Program-made: the position numbers and the translations under genes | Shown here: positions 48,407-61,062 of the stretch, piece by piece | Numbering within the stretch: the first letter of the stretch is position 1 | Layout: each line of letters begins with the position of its first letter | Assembly: GCF_001447785.1 (NCBI RefSeq) | Contig: NW_015163107.1 | Span: 711,326-775,325, forward strand | From: Gekko japonicus | Lineage: Eukaryota | DNA length: 64,000 nt | Reading direction: 5' to 3' | The notes under the pieces: generated by a model | What the model was told of the DNA's origin: nothing | Database searches by the model: none | What the model saw: only the letters and a program-made list of their open reading frames with translations

Positions 48407-49649
48407 AGGGTTGCCAAGCAGGCCCATAGATACAGTGGGGCCTCTCCCCCCCCACCCGATTTCCAATTTTTAATTTTATTTATTGCACTTATCACCCTGT
48501 ATTTGATGTAAGTACACTTAATACAACCCTCTCTGTCGCTTCTCACTGGTCATGGCGGCTCTCTCTCATTGCCAGCAAGCTGGCAAGAAGTCAAGCCCTG
48601 CGCCGCCCTCCAATCACATGCTGCTTTCTTGCCAGCTGCAGCTGCTCTCTCTCATCACCGGCAAGAAGTCAACCCCCACTCCACCCTCCAACCCCACACT
48701 GCTCTGTCACCTGCCAACTATTGGCAGCAGGAACGCCAGCCAAAAGCCGAGTGGGTACCAGTGGAGGGGACATGCGCATGCCCACTCTGGTTCTCCCCAG
48801 CTGCCATTCAGCCACAGCTGGAGGAGGAGAAGCAGCCTTCAGTGTCAGGAATGGGGGGAGGAACTGTCATGGCAGCAGGCAGGCAACGAAGTCCACCAGC
48901 AAGCCCCGTGCCGCCCTCCAATCCCACAACACTCTCTGTCACCTCTCACTGGTCATGGCGGCTCTCTCATTGCCAGCAAGCTGGCAATAAGTCAAGCCCT
49001 GCACTGCCCTCCAATCACATGCTGCTTTCTTGCCAGCTGCAGCTGCTCTCTCTCATCACCGGCAAGAAGTCAACCCCCACTCCACCCTCCAACCCCACAC
49101 TGCTCTGTCACCTGCCAACTATTGGCAGCAGGAACGCCAGCCAAAAGCCGAGTGGGTACCAGTGGAGGGGACATGCGCATGCCCACTCTGGTTCTCCCCA
49201 GCTGCCATTCAGCCACAGCTGGAGGAGGAGAAGCAGCCTTCAGTGTCAGGAATGGGGGGAGGAACTGTCATGGCAGCAGGCAGGCAACGAAGTCAGCCTC
49301 CTTGGTCAGGCTCACTGCTCTCCTGCCCTGGCAGCCCGCCAGTCTGCCACAGGGAAGGGGAGGAGCAGAGCTGCTCACTTGGGTGTGTGTGTACAGGGTG
49401 TGTGCAGGGGTGCCCCTGACTTATTTAAAGGCCCCCCAAATAGAAAAAAATCCTGGCTATGGGCCTGTTGCCAAGGCTAGATTAGGAAATTCCTGGATAT
49501 TCGGGAGTAGAGCCTGGGGAGGGTGGAGTTTGAGATGGGGAGGGATCTCAGCAATAGAGTCCACAGTCCAAAACAGCCATTTTTTTTCAGGACAACTAAT
49601 CTCTGTTGTCCAGAGATCAGTTGTAATTCCAGGAAGTTGGCAACCCTAC
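48407..49649. mobile_element. TAGGGTTGCCA-type hAT MITE split by a nested element
   Basis: TAGGGTTGCCAAG at 48407, body resumes at 49468 and ends TTGGCAACCCTA. Confidence 0.8.
48419..49467. mobile_element. Non-autonomous hAT element (1,049 bp) with internal ~401-bp tandem duplication
   Basis: TIR CAGGCCCATAG / CTATGGGCCTG; exact 8-bp TSD TTGCCAAG at 48411-48418 and 49468-49475. Confidence 0.92.
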
Positions 49650-51674
49650 TACTTTAGGTCCTCTCCTATCCATATGGACCATGACTTTATTGTTATATTA
49701 ACATCTTGGAAGTGCCAGATTACTGTTAAACTGTGATGGTACAAAGAGACAATTTCTCGCTCTTCATCTTTCAGAATAGATTAATCTTAGAAGTTGTTTG
49801 TGGCTAACATCTAAACCCCTTACTCATTAACACATCTGCTTAAGACACACGTTTCACTTGCCAATGCACAAGTAAGTGCTTGGGAATAAAGAGCATTTCA
49901 AAAAGTTTTTCTGAAGTCTAGAACAGGGACATTCTTATTAAGTAAAAATGTGGCATTTTAATGAATAGAATGTATAACAAACAATCAACATCTCTTACAT
50001 ACTCCAAGATCTATCAGGGATGTTCCTGTGTAGACGAGGAACAGAGGGTAAGCAAACAATTACTTGCCCAAATTTGTCAGTCAACACCTGACTAAACAAA
50101 GATTGGATTCTGGTTTTACAGGTCATTACCAGACAGTAGATATTTGATAACAGTGGTATAAACAGTGACTTTCATTTCAGCTCAATAGAATAAAACATAA
50201 CTAATAAAGGGACATTTTAATAGCCTAAGACTGTGCAAACGTTTCACTTAAACATTTACTTTCCTCATTGTCTTGAACCATTGCAACTCAAAATCTTGTG
50301 TACTCTTATCAACCAAAGGGATTAAGTGATTTTTTTAATGGTCAAGGTGGGAACCCTTCCACAAAGGAGAGTGTCTCCTAAAGGTTGCATAATCTTACAT
50401 TTAAAGGTTGTTACAAACTAAGCTTTGTATTAACTGCAATTTTTCTCATGCTTCTTTGAATGATGAATACTTGTATTCATATACTCTAGGACATGTCATG
50501 GTATTTTGAGGTGATAGTCTCAGATCCTTTGTGTATGTCACAATACCACGTAACAACATAACCTGGAATAACTTTGATTTGAGACGGTTGTTGCAAAGAC
50601 AAAATGGTTCACTCCCATATATACTATCCTAAACTATATGGAGTAAGGATAGGCTATAAACGTGAGAAAATTAACACAAATGCCTTTTTTAACTTAAACT
50701 GGTCCAGTCAATTTATGCCTTGTATGAACTGTAGTTCTTACATAAACACAGTGCTAACTACAGTCTTTCAGAGAAGGGATTGAATGCAAAATCATCACTC
50801 TCCCCTACCCATCCATGGATGATCCCAGTTTCATTTTTACCTGTCCTATCAGTTTTATCAACATCTCACTAATCCTGTCTGTCCTTTTCTCTTTTTTTGT
50901 AGCTGGATTATTTCAAAACTTGGACAGAGTAACTAGCCTAATATACAGTGGTATCGTGTTACTACTTCTGCAGACGCTGAAGTAAGCAGTCCTCTGAAAA
51001 GCATTATTTCTACTTACTGGATCACACCCAAGAGTTATTTCCCTGACCAAAAGTCTTGTCAGCATTTATATCCATGTCTACGCACAAGTCAGTCACAGGA
51101 AAGCTGAGAAACTCTGAGTGCATCAGCATGCCTGTGATATCAGATCCTCAGTAGCAGATCCTTTTTTGTTTTCATGCGAGTGATTTGTGAGTGCCCTCCT
51201 GTGAAAGCAAAGAGTACTGTCACAGACAGTGTAGAATTGGCGATCACAGTCTAATAACTTCGTCATCTAAACTGATATAATAGATCAAATAACAACTACA
51301 GAAATTGTAACATTGCACAATATATTCTGCTTGTGGTAAACTTCAAGAATATGGCTTCCTAGATCAAGGCTTGTTGATATATGGAAAACCTATATCTCAA
51401 CATACAAGCAAGAAGTTTTGCTGTGGGCTCCTATTAAAAAAGACCATTTTTGTCTTATGAAAGCATTTGCCTCGAAGCAAGTAAGCATTATATATACGGA
51501 GTTCATAGAACTCCCCCCCCCCAAAAAAAAAACAGGATACTGTATCCAGCTCAGCTGCACCTACCTTTTTGAACAGCAGGATGCGAAATAAATGTTATTC
51601 TTATTACTAGTGCCTCACTTCTCTGTGAGTCCATATGATGCCTAATTTTATACATCTCTATCCCGTTGCCTTTT

Positions 51675-52080
51675 TAATGATTTTGTACATTTTTATCCCA
51701 CCTTTCCTCAAAAGAGCTCAGGGCAGCAAATATTGTTTTTCCCTCCTCCATTTTATTCTCTGAACAACTACGTGAAGTAGGCCCATGATCACCCAGCAAG
51801 TGGGTTGCCAGGTCCCCCCTGGCCACCAGTGGGGGGATGGGGTAGGGTTGCCAGATCCAGGTTGGGAGACTTCTGGAGATTTGGGGGTGGAGCCTTGGGA
51901 GAACAGGGACCTCAGTGGGGCACAATGCCATAGAGTCCACCCTCTGAAGCATCAATTTTCTCCAGAAAAACTGATCTCTGTAGTCTGAGATGAGCTGTAA
52001 TTCCTGGGGACCTCCAAGTCTCACCTGCAGGCTGGGTCTTCCAAATCCTGGTCAGATACTCTGATCACTACACTGCACTA
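51675..52080 (-). mobile_element. tRNA SINE interrupted by a TAGGGTTGCCA-type MITE (~51801-52030)
   Basis: TTTTTATCCCACCTTTCC tail, ACCCAGCAAG, CACTACAC head; inserted GGGTTGCCAGG...TAGGGTTGCCAGATCCAGGTTGGG body. Confidence 0.6.
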
Positions 52081-52129
52081 GCTATGAACAGAGCTGGGGC
52101 TTCAAGCCTCTTGATAATTATGGTGGCTC

Positions 52130-53560
52130 TCTTTTGTATCTTTTCCAGTGCTTTGTAATCCTTTTTGAGAGAAGGTAAGCAGAACAGTACATTCTATCTA
52201 AAATGTGGCCACTCCATAGATGTTTGTGTGTGTGCCTTCTTACACAGCCTTAGAGAAGGCAAGCAGAACAATACATTCTATCTAAAATGTGGCCGCTCCA
52301 TAGATTTACATACATCTTTTTTCCTATTAGTTTGCAACAATGACTGTCACTGCTCACAGTGAGATGATATTTCAACAAGCATGATCCCTTAAGTCTCTTT
52401 CCTTGATATTCACAGCCAGTTTAGACTAGGAACAGTCTGCCAGTTCAGCTGATGACCTGTTCACCAAAAAAGGACCTGATTTTTCATTGGAGGGTTTTTC
52501 TGTTTGTTAACCCATTCATGGCTATTTGGCAGATTGCTTCACTATATTCCTTCCCTACAGCGCAGTACATAGCAATTGTTTGTGTGTGTGCCTTCTTACA
52601 CAGCCTGATTGAGTTCTTCCCTTCTTTACTGTGGAGCTGGCAGGCAATTTTTAAAGTAGGTTGCTCCCTACCCCCCCCCAGGGTTTTTTTTTAGGCTATA
52701 TTCTAATAATCTAGAATTAAGTAACCCTTATATCTCTGCAATGAAAAGGGCTAGAGACACACTCTTTTTAAAAAATTAAAGCTAGGAACTCAGAGAAGCT
52801 AGCAAATCATGGCAATAAACTGTTAGAATCCTAGTTCACATTAATGCAATAGTGATTGCTGGTTGTTTTTTTACAAAGCCCTCCAAGTGTATCCATAGAC
52901 AGTCAAATTAGTCACAAATCACATAAATTGGTCATAAATATAGAGGGTTGTAAAATTCTATTGTTTGGTGTTTGTCTAAGTAGTTCTTAGCAACATTAAT
53001 GGCTGGCAATATGTTTGATCAGCAGTGTTGGGCATATGTTCAGGGTTTTTTTTGGGGGGGGGGGGAAACACCTGATGTAAACCTACAGCAGGCATTCAGG
53101 TATTCTATGCAAATTGAGCAGACCCAGTCATCAGCTCATGTTTGGTCACCACAGTTCAGCACATGGTTGAATGTTGAACATATTCAACATGAAATGCACA
53201 GCATGCCTAGTTCAGATCAAATCAAAGCATACATATGGTTAGTATTTTTCTTCCATCACTTTGAGATTACTTACACTGAATGCCACTTGAGATTCTTTTG
53301 GAGTTCTTTACACTATGCTTTAGATTTTAGCACCTCAGATGATTAGGCATCACTGGCAAATCAGGAAACGTGTCCTATTATCCTGTGGTTGCTAAATTTA
53401 CTTAAGAGCTTTGGTAAAGGACTTTGTTAAAAGTTTTTGGGAAGTCCAGGTATGTAAAGTCCCCTGTTTATGTGCTTCTTCCCATTCCCAAAGAATTCAA
53501 GAAATGTGAAGCAGGTCATCCCTTTTCAGAAGCCATACCGTTTTTGTTTAGCAAGGCTTA
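52130..53560 (-). mobile_element. Old fragmented CR1 LINE RT region
   Basis: 53417-53462 reverse-translates to a YLDFPKTFNKVL motif (CR1 YLDFxKAFDKVP); 52160-52310 resembles the CR1 ORF2 3' region. Confidence 0.55.
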
Positions 53561-56500
53561 TTCTTCTTATGTGTTTAACAATTCTATTTTTAATCATTCA
53601 TCCTACAATTAACGAACGTGCAACAGATCTATTACTGTTCAGATTCTCTGTTTGTTTTTTTATGTGTTATACTGGCTGCTCTTCAATATTCTGATTAATC
53701 AGGAAGCTGGTTTTAATTACAGTACAGTGCGATTTTTTTTTGTTGAAACATCAGAAATGCCACCCTAGATGCCTTTAAGAACTATTGGGTGAAAGCCTTT
53801 CAGCCCTCATAATCAGTCAGACTCTAAAATATTCATTGTCAATTCTAATTAACAATGGGGATATGTTTATAGAAGTATTACAGTGTCTATTTTATATAAT
53901 ATGAAGTATCACAGCATCTATTTTATATAACAGGAATCCTTAGAAGAATATTAGAGGTTTGCCAGACAACCTTAGGATCTCCTGGCTATTCTAGACATAA
54001 TGCCATACGATAATTATTATTATCCATCATGAAAGACAATTATTGCAGGGAATGGTGATAATAGTTATCTTCAAGCTATGAAAAACATCATGGTGATTTT
54101 AATAGATCTGCTCCTAAAACCATGGGAGAGACAAGGATGGCTTTTCTGGTCAGCTAGCAACCCTTGTGGTCATCTGCTAGCTAGTACTACCAATGATGCT
54201 GTGCCAATAGGGTAGGTAATTTCCATGAGAGAGCCACCACTGCACCTCTGCCAGTGAAAAGGTTTATGACAAAGCCAAGGTGATAGCTGGGATCCACCAG
54301 ACTGTTCCCACAGGAAGGAGGATTTCTGCCCACGGAGCATGATTTTCTCAGCTCTCCTTCCTATTACAGCCCCAAACGCTATTCCTTGGTGTCACATTAT
54401 ATCATCGTGGGCCTCAGACCGGGGTCCTTGGCCTCTTTCAGTGGCTGCAAGGTTCCCCTTTTCTTGCTGTTCCTCCCCTCCCCCAACCCCCCTTTCCTCA
54501 GGCTCCACTCCCAAATTTCCAGGAATTTCCCGAACTTGAGCTGGCAACCCCAGGGGAGACCTAGGTTCAAATTCTCATTCAGCCATGAAGTTCAGTGGGT
54601 GACCCTGGGCTACTTACGTTAAAAAGCTGTAAAAATAAATTCGGAAGGAGAGAAATGTGTTTGGCACCCTTCTCTTGAGGAAAGGGCAAGATAAAAATGT
54701 GGTAGCGTTGAAGAACAGCACCCTTACATTTTATGGTAAAACATGTTGAAAAGAGTCCGCCTTATCAGCATGATTTCTCACTGCTTTTCAGACCAGTCTG
54801 TACATGTTTGATTCAAAGCAGAATGAAGGAGAATTTTCTTAGGAAATTACAAGCTTATAAATGGGAGGGACACTTGCTCTGTTCCTAAACTTCATGTTCT
54901 TATTTCTTTTTCCCATAGCAAGAAACAGAAGTTCAGGAGTCAGAAATATTTTGCCAAAAAGATTTTGGAAGGCGGGAGGTCGAGTGAAGAGCTGATATAC
55001 AGCTTTGAACTGTGACCTCCAGTGGCCACTCTACTCACAGAATGACTCTGTGGTTTTAAGCACTGAGCAGCCTAATCCTATGCACATTGTCTGGAGAGTA
55101 AGCCCAGTTAGTTCAATGTAATTCCCAAAATAAGAGCGCATATAAGATTGAAACCTTAGCTTCACGTATATACACTGAGAAAAGTGTTGACTTACTGCAT
55201 AAGGCTTAAACATTACAGATACAGTAAAAATACACTGAAAATGGCTCATTTATGCTATTATCATGACCTGTTCAACAAACAGCATGTTTTTACATTGATG
55301 GGAAGATATTTGTCTCAGAGGAAGCTGGTGCAAGAAGTATATTATTATTACAAACAATTGTTTACTTCCCTTCTTTTCTCTCTCCCAGGGCTGCTAGGAT
55401 ATTCCACATATGCCTGTGGCACAAACACTATTAAATTCCCCAAAGACAGCACATTCAGGTCTTTGCAGAAGGCACAGGGAAGTGGAATCAGAATTTACCT
55501 TTCTGGTAAATCAGGAGACATTTAGTTGCCAAAGGAAGAGCGGAAAGGTTATCTAGTGTCATTTGCTATTGTGTTGTGCTGAGCTAAACTAGACAAGAGG
55601 GAAGTTATGCCTAATAGGCAATTAATGTGTTTGTTTATTCATTGAACTTCTAGCTTGTCATAACATTCAGAAAGTCTAAAAAGGCCAAAAATCTCAGCAA
55701 AATCCCTTAATATAGCCTCTGAAATCTCACATCAGTAGATTGCTTTTGGATGACACCCAAGCGCTGATTTGGCAGGCTCCTAAAGAAAGGACTCCAAGAG
55801 CTGGGGATCAGATATTGAGAATGCCAATCTTCATGCCTTGGCACCTATTCTTATTTGATGGATTGAGGGCACCACCAAGTGGGTGCTCTTGGTTGGCTAT
55901 GGCAATTGTGATTAAATGTGGCGAAGATGTACCACTTTGAAAATACATTCTGAGTTATCTAAAACTGCTGGAAATATTTAGCCACATCTCTAAAATAAAA
56001 CATGCTCTTTCCACCAGAAGCTCTACAAGGGCACACAAAGAGCCAAGGGAACTAACTAGTCTGTACAAATAGGGTCAGATTTTTGTGAAATCAAAAACAA
56101 GTCTTCCCCTAATTAGCATTAACAACAAAACTGTCTTTTTGTGAGTTCTTCTTTGACTTTTGCTTGGCAGCAAATCCATGCAGCTGTGCAGATAGTTGAC
56201 AAAAGGAGAGGAGTTGACTGGGTAGGCAAAGCCTTGAACAGAGTAGCTCTGAAATGCAAACACAAGTGTTTGAATATACTGATTGGGTGTTTTTATTCAG
56301 TCCAAGCCAGGCTATCTACCTGCTTTAACAAGCAGCAGTTTATACTACACTCTCCAGCCGATATTCAGTTATTATGGGTGATGGATATGGATACTTTTAA
56401 ATGGAAATAAATGGAAATAAAGACCATGGAAGCAGCATTTCTCCAATAATCCTCCCCCCCCACACACACTTATATCATGCAAGGTCTTTCTCGCCATCCA

Positions 56501-57569
56501 GCATTCTCTGACTGATAACCCCATTCCATAAAAGACATATTCTCTTACCCACATAAAGAGGAAGGTCATGGACTGAAGAGGTTGCTTGCTTGTCTATCAC
56601 CAAGCATCATTCAACTTTAGTGGATGACATTCATTTAACCACTCCCTATTTAAAAAAATCCTCATGAGATCAGCCTAATTTACCTCACAAGGTTCTTCAG
56701 ATGCTAAAATGGAAGAAGGGAGAACAATGAAAGCTGCCTACGTTGAAGTTAGCCAGAGACTTAGGGATCTCAGGAGAGCCTTGGGAGCCAGAATGGCAGT
56801 GCTGTTTATTCCTTAGCAATCTGGAATGAGAAGGGATTGTTAGGGACAACTGGCAAAATTGCTCCTTGATGCTGTTTTTCCTCATTTTGTAGATTACTAG
56901 CTCTTTGGTATATTGTCCTTAAAAGACATTAAATGGATTGAGACACAGCTAGAGTGACATTGGCAGAAGATCCAATCTGAGTCAGGCCACATGGAGTCGC
57001 AGGAAAGGCTTTCTTCACCACCATTATTACATCACCAGAATCTTCTCAAGTAACACTTTTCAGGATGATCTGAAATCCTTCAGCCTCTAGTTGATCTTCT
57101 AGCAAAGGAAACAGTTATAGCTTTCTGTAATGTATTTCCTGGGTTCTTTGCTTTTGAAGTTGACCTAACCTGGCCTGCCTTAGATGCCAGTTCAGACACA
57201 CAGATTCTGTATCAGCCACCATCTGTCTTTTGCAGTTGCTGAATCATTTCAATTGTTCTTCTTAACCAATGTTGACCACTGGCCTGAAGTTGTGATGACC
57301 TGGAGTTGTGAAGACCACCACTTGCAAATTAATCCTTTCACCATCATGGTCAAGTCTTATCAAAAGGATATAAGAAACTTACTGGCCCAGGATAATTAAC
57401 ACATCATTGTTTGATGAAGCATTCCCTTAAACTACACAGCTACTATCTTATGGAACATTCCACTAAAGAAAGTACATAAAGCACTCACACTAGAATTCTT
57501 TTTGTTGGGATTTTAAAACTTATGTTTGGAGGGATTTCAATTAATTAGCAGGCAGTCCTTCTGTTGTAT

Positions 57570-57575
57570 TTTATT
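57570..57575 (-). terminator. Candidate GTF2H5 polyadenylation signal AATAAA (alternative ATTAAA at 57846-57851)
   Basis: TTTATT on plus strand ~310 nt downstream of the stop. Confidence 0.45.
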
Positions 57576-57886
57576 ATACCAGTTCTATATACTCTAAATA
57601 AAAATGTGAAAATGCAAATGGATACACACACATGTATGCTGTAAGATCATCTTCTCTATTATAGATAATTACAATGAAGAGTAACAGAAAACTGATTTCC
57701 CCTAGACAGAAAACATAAACTCAAAACTAGTAAACTCTGAAATCACTTGTGGTGACCGCCTTTTACTGGCTGCCATCAAAATCGCTGTTTACAAGTATGG
57801 TCAGTATCTTCCACACTGAAAACAATCAAAGTGAATTCATGAAAATTTAATTTAAATAAACAGTTCAATTATTACAGTGACCATGT

Positions 57887-58145
57887 CTACTCAAATTCCT
57901 CCAAATCAGTGACAGAAAAATACATATCTACTGACTCCAATTTGACAAAGATAATCCCAGTTCCATTGTCTATTTCTGTGTAATAGGGAAAATGGTCCAT
58001 TAACTCTCCCACTTTCTCCTGAAGGCAGTTAACCATCTCAGCTAATACAAAGACATGTGTTTCATCCAAGTCTTGTATGATAAACTTCTTCCCCAGGGCA
58101 TTGGACTCATCCAAGTACAGCAGGAACTGCTTCATTGCTGGGTCA
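57887..58145 (-). CDS. GTF2H5: General transcription factor IIH subunit 5 (p8/TTDA), last coding exon; C-terminus frameshifted as sequenced
   Basis: Acceptor TTTATTTGTATCATTGCAG|TGACCCA at 58146/58145; translation [50 protein letters not shown] matches GTF2H5; ancestral-type end FPITQK-TAG (stop 57970-57972) is out of frame, in-frame stop is 57887-57889. Confidence 0.93.
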
Positions 58146-59181
58146 CTGCAATGATACAAATAAAATTATGGTCACATCAGAGGACATATCTGTGAATTAT
58201 GGCTGTATTGCTAAAACAGGCTTTTCTCTAATTCTAATGGAATTTGATTTTATTAATGCATTAAGGTGTCAATATTCTAGTAAGCTTTAATTTACTTGTT
58301 TTACTATATACTGCTTTGCACAGCAAGGAAAGGTGATATAGAAAATACAGTAGACAAATAGGGGTGTGTATGCATGCACATTAATTATTTGTAACATACC
58401 TCCATAGTCCTGGACACTGATAAATCTTTGGAAGAAGAATTAACAATTAAAAACTCCAGGGAAGTGTAAGATTAATTGTAAGGTTAGGAAGCTTTGGAAA
58501 GAGATAAAATATTAATTTATTAAGAATCGCTGCATAGTAAAAAAGATGCTGCTATTGGATTCGGATCTAACTGTTCTATTGCAAACTATGACAGCTGCCC
58601 TCTGAAATGCATATCAGATGCTCCTCTGAAAAACAAAGAATTATTAACTATACCACAGAAAATGTTACCTTGCATTAAAAATACACACAGATAACACTTA
58701 TACTCAAACTTACAATGAAAGAGAGTGTAGCATATAGAGTTCAGCTATGCTACAGAAAATATGACAGATATTTTACATACTGTTTTTAGATTTATAACAC
58801 ACTTTTTAATCTTACATCCTTAAAAGCAGCTTACACTTTAAAATGCAATCAGAATGTCTTCTCTACCTGCTACTCCCTCTATATTATTTTCATTTGGCGA
58901 GCCTGAATGGCACTTTGTTTGGTGGTGCACACTCTAGCCCTTCTTCCCAGGACAAAAATTTTCACATCACAACTATAACTTGGTCACTAATTCCTACAAC
59001 CTGGACTTAGAATATTGTAGATTGTAAAACACCAAACAGTATGCAGAATCAGACATCCAAGTCCAAGACTTGTGCTGCCCAAAGACATCTAGTTCACATT
59101 CAGCTCCTGTCTTCTTCCATTCCTTCTGTCTCTCAACAGTGTCAAAACTTTACAGTAGTAAAACTACCATCTGGCCTATCC

Positions 59182-59425
59182 TAAGGGTCCCCAACCTGTT
59201 TGAGCCTGTAGGCACCTTTGGGATTCTGACAGTGTGGTGGGCACAGCCAGCCACAAAATAGCTGCTATAGCTTACCTTTAGTCACACAGTACTGCACTGT
59301 GGCGCTACCAAAAGGAATGTCTTTAAAAATCTGCATGGCCAATCTCATTTTCAGAGGCCAGTTCTAAGGCCTTCTGGGCAAAAGCCCACTTTCTAAAAAA
59401 CACTTGGAGGGCATCAGGAAAGGTT
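59182..59425. mobile_element. hAT-Charlie-like MITE remnant in GTF2H5 intron 2
   Basis: Left terminus AAGGGTCCCCAACCTGTTTGAGCCTG. Confidence 0.5.
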
Positions 59426-59472
59426 ACATAAAGCATACTGCACATCTGGGGTAAGAAAGCAGTTCTACTTAC

Positions 59473-59507
59473 CATTCTATAAGTATTCCTTTTAAGACAT
59501 TCACCAT
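59473..59507 (-). CDS. GTF2H5: GTF2H5 first coding segment (35 nt) in exon 2 (59473-59527)
   Basis: ATG GTG AAT GTC TTA AAA GGA ATA CTT ATA GAA TG = MVNVLKGILIE(C); donor TG|GTAAGT at 59473/59472; acceptor CTCTGTACCTTAG|G at 59528/59527; phase 2 joins exon 3 to give TG|T Cys. Confidence 0.96.
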
Positions 59508-59594
59508 CCTTGCAACACTATCAAGCCCTAAGGTACAGAGAAGGGTAAAAAAAATGAAACACTTAACTTTCATAAAATCATGATAAAGTTTTAG

Positions 59595-59995
59595 CAGGTG
59601 TGGTTATGGCTCTGGGTACAGCATTTGCTTTGAACGGAGCAATCCCTGAGTTAAAATTCTGACCACTCCCATTTAAAAGGATCAGGTAGTAGTAGATGTA
59701 AAAGACTGCTACCTGAGAACCACTACCAGTCAGAGAAGACAATAATGACCTTTACAGACCAACAGTCTGACTCCGTATAAGACAGCTTTATGTGCTAAAG
59801 CCTAGTAATAGAGCACATACTCAGCAAGCAAACAGTCCCAGGTTCAATCCCCAACAATTCATAAAAAAATCTCAAGAAATAGGTGTCAGTAAAGACCTTT
59901 CTCAGCCTGAAACCCCTGGATAGCCAATACCAGTCACAATAATGATCTAGATGGATTCATGGTCTGATTTGGTATAAAGCAGTTTTACCTGTTCA
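59595..59995 (+). mobile_element. Two tandem old tRNA-derived SINEs in GTF2H5 intron 1
   Basis: Two successive units with AAAGAC...CCAGTCA...GTCTGA...GTATAA...CAGYTT similar to 39510-39975. Confidence 0.55.
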
Positions 59996-60800
59996 TGAGG
60001 AAGCTAAGGGAATATGGCTTGTCTAAAGCAAAGTGATATCTGAATTAGGGCTTGGAGTTCATTTTCTAACTGGAGTGCTCACATAGAACTTGGAGCTTTC
60101 TGCATGCAAAGCAAATTCTGTACCGTGAGCCACAGCCCCACTTGCTAAGCCATGCTGCCTCCTAGAAATATCCTTGTAATAATAATACTGGTCTCTTATA
60201 AGGATATTGTAAATACTGGAACATGATAATACACATGAATAACTGAGTGTTGAATATACACACTGTTACAGTTATTCTTTCAGTACCATACTATAATGGC
60301 TTCCTCTCTGGAATTTGCTGCAGTTCAGTTCCTTTATTTTCCTACATAATTTTAATGTATTCCTTTGTTGTCGTTTTCAGAGATAAAGACAACTAGTGGG
60401 TGGGATGAGATGGAGTATGCTTCTCTCTGGTGAGCGTACATAGATGCATAAGCATATGTTGCACTATATGAAGGTGCCACTGGGACTCTTCGTTGCTTTG
60501 GAAGCAAGAGGCTCAATGAACGGGCATACTGCTGAAAACAGCTCAAAACAGAGTATCAGCACATGATTTTTTCTAACTAAATAAATAGTGATAAGGCTGG
60601 AGCCCAGCTCTTATCGGCCTAATTCGTTCTCATCCTTTAGATTTAGCTGCAACGTCAAATCAAGCGTTCTATACGAATGCAAAAGGCACTGCGGGCTGTG
60701 TGTAATTTGGGGAGAAGGGTAGAAGCGGGGGGAGAACACCATCAGAAGCCACGACAACTTAATCTACCCAACTGAGACCTACACCGGCCGGCCCCTTCAC

Positions 60801-60900
60801 CTGAACAGCAACGTCGCCTTGACGACGAAAAGGCTTCGCCACCTTTCTCCAGTCACCGGAAGCAGTAGGCTCAGACGAAACACCGAGACCAAGACAGCCC
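60801..60900 (-). other. GTF2H5: Probable GTF2H5 non-coding exon 1 (5' end approximate)
   Basis: Donor CAG|GTGAAG at 60801/60800 on the edge of the CpG island; GTF2H5 has a non-coding first exon in other vertebrates. Confidence 0.6.
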
Positions 60901-60989
60901 CTACAACAGAGCACGCGCCACTTAACTCGCTATCGGATTGGCTGAAGCTCGGGAGGTGCGCGTGCGTATTTGAGAATGGGGCGGTAGTT

Positions 60990-61062
60990 GGCGGTGTCGC
61001 CGTCACTCCAGAGCGTAGGCGGTGTCCTCGTTGAAAGCTGGGACGGGAACAGAGATGGACAG
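60990..61062 (+). other. SERAC1: Probable SERAC1 non-coding exon 1 (5' end approximate)
   Basis: Donor CAG|GTAGGG at 61062/61063; SERAC1 is head-to-head with GTF2H5 in other vertebrates; identity from synteny only. Confidence 0.55.

Noticed and set aside
48552-49736. Longest ORFs in the window (394 aa and 303 aa)
   Set aside because: Lie in a GC-rich duplicated transposon interior, run across the TIR, and repeat the same peptides in shifted frames; no domain recognised
58146-58159. MYHCS start of the GTF2H5 ORF in the track
   Set aside because: Intronic sequence upstream of the acceptor; true start is at 59507
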